Source: Trypanosoma brucei (Eukaryota). Taken from it: a stretch of DNA of 64,000 nt. How positions within the stretch are numbered: the stretch's first letter is position 1; each line of letters begins with the position of its first letter. Of the stretch, positions 62,496 to 64,000 are shown in pieces. Position numbers and translations under genes: made by a program. The stretch spans positions 448,001 to 512,000 of the forward strand of contig CH464491.1 in assembly GCA_000002445.1 (NCBI GenBank), written 5' to 3'. The notes beneath the pieces were generated by a model. It searched no databases, had not been told where the DNA came from, and was given only the letters and a program-made list of their open reading frames with translations.

Positions 62496-63709
62496 TAAAA
62501 ATAAATAATTCGGCTGGTTAGCCAACCCAGCAGTAATGATATTCCCGAGAAAGAAAATATAAGAAAAAATGTCCAAAAACAAATAACAATACTTTATGTG
62601 AAATAATAGGAACTCTGCAGACTGCAGTAAATAGTTCAGTACACTACACAATCCACTGCTCACGCACATGCACACAGACAACAGTGCAAGATTAGTTTCA
62701 ACAAACCGCGTGACATACAAAATTCGCCCTCAGGCAAGAACTGTTAGGGAAACTTTAATTATGCTGGCCTCTAGCCTTCACCACTGCGCGAAACCATTGT
62801 CTTTAGTGCGTCAACCCCATTCATCTCACCCCCTTGTCTTTCATGAAAGGGGAGTAAACTTAAGAAAAAAAAATAGTTTTAAAAAAAGGGAAATAAAAAC
62901 CTTCCACACAGGCTCCTCGTACCAAAAAAAGGCTACGCCCATAGCAACGGTCACGCATAGGCACGAAACAGCAAAAAAAAAACGGCACCTGCACACCCGA
63001 ACAAAAATACAGCGATCACACGAGCATATGGGGGGAAAAAAAAAGCATTCATATCAAAAGGACTCATTTAATCAACACCAACACGCAGGTCCAGGCACAT
63101 GCGAGGTAGCTCATATGGGGCCGCATCTGCGCCATGACAACCGCTGCATGCTACCCAGTTAACGGTATTTCACTCGTAAACTCACTATGTGTTCAAACAA
63201 ACAAAACTGATCCCAAAATATCAAAATAAAAATGAACAGAGAACAGGAAAAGGTCACCCCTCAGCTGTGTCAACGCATGTGAAGACCTTGTAAAACATAA
63301 ACATCGACAGAAAGTAAATAAGTGGAACAAAAAACGCCCCAACTCCCGCAAATACATCACTGGGGTGCACATACACAAAAAATCACCAGGAGTTCCAAAG
63401 AACAGCGGACAAGCGCCAGCAAATGTGAGGGCTGAGGAGGGAAAAAGACAAAGAAATGCGCGTGTGGTCATAAAATAGCTAGTGGTGGTGTCAACCCAAC
63501 CATCCAATACGATGAATGTAAGGAAAAAAAGAAAACGCAGCAAAGAGACCTCGTTTTTTGCAGATAGCGCCAATCCACACAAAGAGGGAAGCTGTGAGAA
63601 CACAGCAAAGCAGCGAGTCTTTACACAGAGTCACGTTTGTAGTTTGATAGTGGCTGACATCAAACCATTACCCAATAGACAATCGTCTTTTCGCATCGTA
63701 AAAGATGTG

Positions 63710-64000
63710 TCACCCCCTCACGCAGTGAGCAACACGCATTTCCGTTTCGTTCACTTTTCCTAAGCACAACTCGATAAGTCGCCGTACATTATCTCCTTCA
63801 GCGGTGGTTGGGCCCGACGACCGGAGTACCTGCAGCCGATATACTAGAAAACTACGAATGCACCCGAAGTTCCAGTTTGTCCCACCCATTAGTAAGTTCT
63901 CCACATGGTCGTGCCACGCACCAACATCATCACCAAATAACGTCAAACGCACCTCATCTCCCAGAAGCATCCAAAGTCGATTTGCGTCCCTACAGAAGGC
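63710..64000 (-). CDS. C-terminal fragment of a hypothetical protein (ORF open to the window edge)
   Basis: The reading frame has no stop from 64000 down to the stop at 63710 (AFCRDANRLWMLLGDEVRLTLFGDD...). It is in the sense orientation of the polycistron. Confidence 0.45.
   Translation of the reverse strand, partial: AFCRDANRLWMLLGDEVRLTLFGDDVGAWHDHVENLLMGGTNWNFGCIRSFLVYRLQVLRSSGPTTAEGDNVRRLIELCLGKVNETEMRVAHCVRG

Noticed and set aside
63193-63603. The 136-aa minus-strand ORF in the spacer between the last two genes.
   Set aside because: It is a hydrophobic, Phe/Leu/Cys-rich translation of pyrimidine-rich spacer sequence, typical of UTR or intergenic DNA in this genome, and has no motifs.
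1-64000. Prokaryotic-style interpretation (defence island, operon with promoters and terminators, mobile element with integrase).
   Set aside because: The gene content is eukaryotic (IFT88, NSF/NVL AAA ATPases, exocyst-like, mitochondrial presequences). Spacers are long and microsatellite-rich, polyY-AG signals are present, and Shine-Dalgarno or terminator structure is absent. No transposase, integrase or Cas-like ORF was seen.

Overview
This window is not prokaryotic. It looks like a kinetoplastid (Trypanosoma brucei-type) nuclear chromosome segment. All 24 convincing protein-coding ORFs, plus one edge-truncated ORF, lie head-to-tail on the minus strand with no introns. They are separated by 0.3-1.3 kb spacers rich in homopolymers and dinucleotide repeats, and one polypyrimidine tract followed by AG was verified upstream of a start codon. 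This is the layout of a single polycistronic transcription unit read from high to low coordinates. The recognisable products (IFT88, gRNA-binding MRP1, an Nfs/IscS-type cysteine desulfurase, an NVL/Rix7-like AAA ATPase and an NSF-like AAA ATPase) occur in an order that, from memory, matches T. brucei chromosome 11. I cannot verify that here.

The main non-coding feature is a 5.2-copy tandem array of ~988-bp units (8430-13605). Read on the minus strand, I interpret it as a reiterated snoRNA cluster with three C/D and two single-hairpin H/ACA-like (AGA-box) candidates per unit. One C/D candidate has a 12-bp guide to a universally conserved LSU rRNA segment.

The leftmost 5.8 kb has no credible ORF and probably lies beyond the last gene of the unit.

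Items most worth follow-up:
- A divergent MRP1 paralogue with a ~170-aa acidic tail, directly adjacent to MRP1.
- An acireductone-dioxygenase / TRP14-like thioredoxin fusion with altered metal ligands.
- A tandem pair of LH3/PLOD-GT-like membrane protein genes with patchy near-identity.
- A compact XRN-family nuclease.
- An NSF-like ATPase with a hydrophobic N-terminus.
- Two perfect inverted repeats (27 bp and 22 bp).

I found no CRISPR array, defence island, recognisable transposon or tRNA gene. All product calls rest on motif recognition by eye, without database searches.
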